From Candidatus Saccharimonadota bacterium (lineage in GTDB: Bacteria; Patescibacteriota; Saccharimonadia; Saccharimonadales; SLHW01), in the NCBI GenBank assembly GCA_024635455.1, contig JAGXIU010000003.1:354446-418445 (forward strand): 64,000 nucleotides of DNA, written 5' to 3'. Below are positions 62,531 through 64,000 of this stretch, one piece after another (the first letter of the stretch is position 1; each line of letters begins with the position of its first letter). The position numbers and the translations under genes were made by a program. The notes beneath the pieces are model-generated. The model saw only the letters and a program-made list of their open reading frames with translations, was not told the DNA's origin and did not search any database.

Positions 62531-62687
62531 AACAAAATGCCTAACCCTCGCGGTTGGGCTTTTTGTTTGGCTTGAGTTTACGCAAGGACTCGAACTGGTA
62601 GTTCGGCGGAGCGATAATGCACGCAGAAGTTTACTTCGAGTACTTTTGAGCGGAGGAGGCATAGCCGATGCCTGGGAGGAGCCACCA
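62531..62687 (+). repeat. tRNA-Phe-linked mini-element (157-bp period)
   Basis: Hairpin, antisense T-arm 62587-62598, conserved hairpin 62624-62640, 16-bp tRNA 3' duplicate 62672-62687. Confidence 0.88.
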
Positions 62688-62695
62688 CTCCCAGC

Positions 62696-62727
62696 TAAAC
62701 TCGACAGACTACAGTGTGTCGGGTTTA
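62696..62727. repeat. Palindromic repeat copy 3
   Basis: TAAACTCGACA-N10-TGTCGGGTTTA. Confidence 0.75.
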
Positions 62728-62785
62728 TTTGATTAAGTTTTACAGATAAATATAAGTTTTTGCTACAATACATCAGTGCTTACAT

Positions 62786-62859
62786 GGCGCGTTGGCCGAG
62801 GAGTTAGGCATGGGTCTGCAAAACCTAGTACACGGGTGCGAATCCCGTACGCGCCTCCA
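62786..62859 (+). tRNA. tRNA-Cys(GCA)
   Basis: GGCGCGT..TGGGT-CTGCAAA-ACCTA..GGTGCGAATCC..GCGCCTCCA. Confidence 0.92.
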
Positions 62860-62939
62860 TCCTTCTATCGTTCATTCAACTGAGCAATGGAGGATGCTTA
62901 TTCTCGCCATTGGGTGAGACATAGGCACTATTAACAACT

Positions 62940-63027
62940 GGGCGAGTGGTGGAATTGGTATACACGCGCGACTTAAAATCACGTGCCTGAATAAGGCTTG
63001 AGGGTTCGAGTCCCTCCTCGCCCACCA
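62940..63027 (+). tRNA. tRNA-Leu(TAA)
   Basis: GGGCGAG..CTTAAAA anticodon loop, long variable arm, GGTTCGAGTCC, CTCGCCCACCA. Confidence 0.93.
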
Positions 63028-63033
63028 AACGGT

Positions 63034-63474
63034 ATGACAATGAATTTTTCAGCAAGAGCGATTATCCCCTATAAGAACCAGTATCTTGTGGTCAGAAATA
63101 GCACCTCTGATAATTTTTGGTGTCTACCTGGTGGCAAGATAGAGTCGGGTGAACTGGTCTCTAAGGCAATTGAACGTGAATTAGTTGAAGAAACCGGGGT
63201 AAAACCAGTTATAGGCGTTCTCTTGTTTATCCATCAATTCAAGACTGCCTCCGGCTACACATTGCCAAGCTTTTTATTCCATATAAAAAACGGCCAAGAT
63301 TATTATGAAGCGGAGTTAGAAAGAGCAACTCACGCGCACGAACTGGCAGAAATTACTTTTAAAGATATCTACACACTTGATGATTTTCGGCCGTATGTTC
63401 TGCCAGAAAAACTCAAGATTATTGAAAAGCGTGATTATTCAGGTCCGACCGAGATGCTGATTGATGAACGCTAA
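63034..63474 (+). CDS. NUDIX hydrolase
   Basis: LPGGKIESGE..AIERELVEETG; start moved out of tRNA-Leu. Confidence 0.88.
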   Translation: MTMNFSARAIIPYKNQYLVVRNSTSDNFWCLPGGKIESGELVSKAIERELVEETGVKPVIGVLLFIHQFKTASGYTLPSFLFHIKNGQDYYEAELERATHAHELAEITFKDIYTLDDFRPYVLPEKLKIIEKRDYSGPTEMLIDER

Positions 63475-63514
63475 CATGTGTTGTTAGTGACATAGCAACA
63501 AAGAGTAGCTCACT

Positions 63515-63683
63515 GCGCTGAGGGACAGGTCGCTACGCTCTGGTGCACTTGTCGTTCTCGAAGCAAGCTTCTGTGAGCGACTTCGTTGGCACCCGAACCC
63601 AATTTGTTTCACAAATTTCGGGGGTTCGAGAATGCCTAATACTCACCATATAAAAAACCTATCACAAGGATAGGCTCTTTATA
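63515..63683 (-). repeat. tRNA-Val-linked mini-element (175-bp period)
   Basis: Hairpin, 13-bp inverted T-arm 63618-63630, conserved hairpin 63557-63573, 12-bp duplicate 63515-63526 = 63690-63701. Confidence 0.85.
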
Positions 63684-63760
63684 TGGTGGGCGCTGAGGGA
63701 CTCGAACCCCCGACCCCTTCGGTGTAAACGAAGTGCTCTAGCCAGCTGAGCTAAGCGCCC
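63684..63760 (-). tRNA. tRNA-Val(TAC)
   Basis: GGGCGCT..CTTCG-TTTACAC-CGAAG..GGTTCGAGTCC..GCGCCCACCA. Confidence 0.95.
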
Positions 63761-63852
63761 TAAATGTGGTTTTTAGGATGTGTATGATTATATCAGCAAA
63801 CTGATTGCTCTATAACCCTGGTTATTTTAAACAATTAACGGCAGTTTTACAA

Positions 63853-64000
63853 TCAAGTATCGAATGCGTCTAACTCATCAGGTGCAGCCGCTCGGATCCT
63901 ACCAGCTGGATCTTCCTTAAATACCCCGTCACCAGTAGATATACTCAAGGCGCTGTTGAATGCTTTTTGAGAAATATCTGGGTACGACTCTGCCAACTGC
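63853..64000 (-). CDS. Possible 3' end of a gene entering from beyond the window
   Basis: Open frame ..QLAESYPDISQKAFNSALSISTGDGVFKEDPAGRIRAAAPDELDAFDT-stop. Confidence 0.4.
   Translation of the reverse strand, partial: QLAESYPDISQKAFNSALSISTGDGVFKEDPAGRIRAAAPDELDAFDT

Noticed and set aside
62429..62773. ORFs 62429-62773(-) and 62496-62732(+)
   Set aside because: They overlap tRNA-Phe and its mini-element; shadow ORFs.
62998..63033. NUDIX start at 62998
   Set aside because: It lies inside tRNA-Leu; ATG 63034 or 63040 is more plausible.

Overview
Chromosomal window of a small-genome bacterium, most likely Patescibacteria/CPR (Saccharibacteria-like); this is inferred from gene content and protein styles, not a database hit. 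1-43 kb is housekeeping plus accessory DNA: ECF sigma, ABC exporter, yaaA, CPA2 antiporter, a lamin-tail surface protein, purA, a DUF1524 nuclease-comEC pair, sodN-sodX, rpmF-nusB-NUDIX-rnc-rpsP-khpA-trmD, leuS, murF, tRNA-Ala, ligA, htpX-lemA and VKOR. 47.3-62.25 kb is an AT-rich island in the 3' end of tRNA-Gly(GCC). It carries a large serine recombinase whose C-terminus runs into the att site, a CD-NTase+SLATT (CBASS type I-like) pair, a DpnII-type R-M system, a UDG-fold (Brig1-like) protein and a macrodomain operon. The most unusual signal is non-coding. A family of ~157-175 bp structured mini-elements follows three different tRNAs (Gly, Phe, Val). Each duplicates the 3' end of its own tRNA, carries an antisense copy of that tRNA's T-arm, and shares a 17-nt hairpin CAGAWGYTTRCWTCGAG. 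Partial copies of the Gly element, with several recombinase-tail-like stubs, separate an array of small cargo genes at 43.2-47.5 kb. Two promoter-to-terminator sRNA candidates and a dispersed palindromic repeat are also present.
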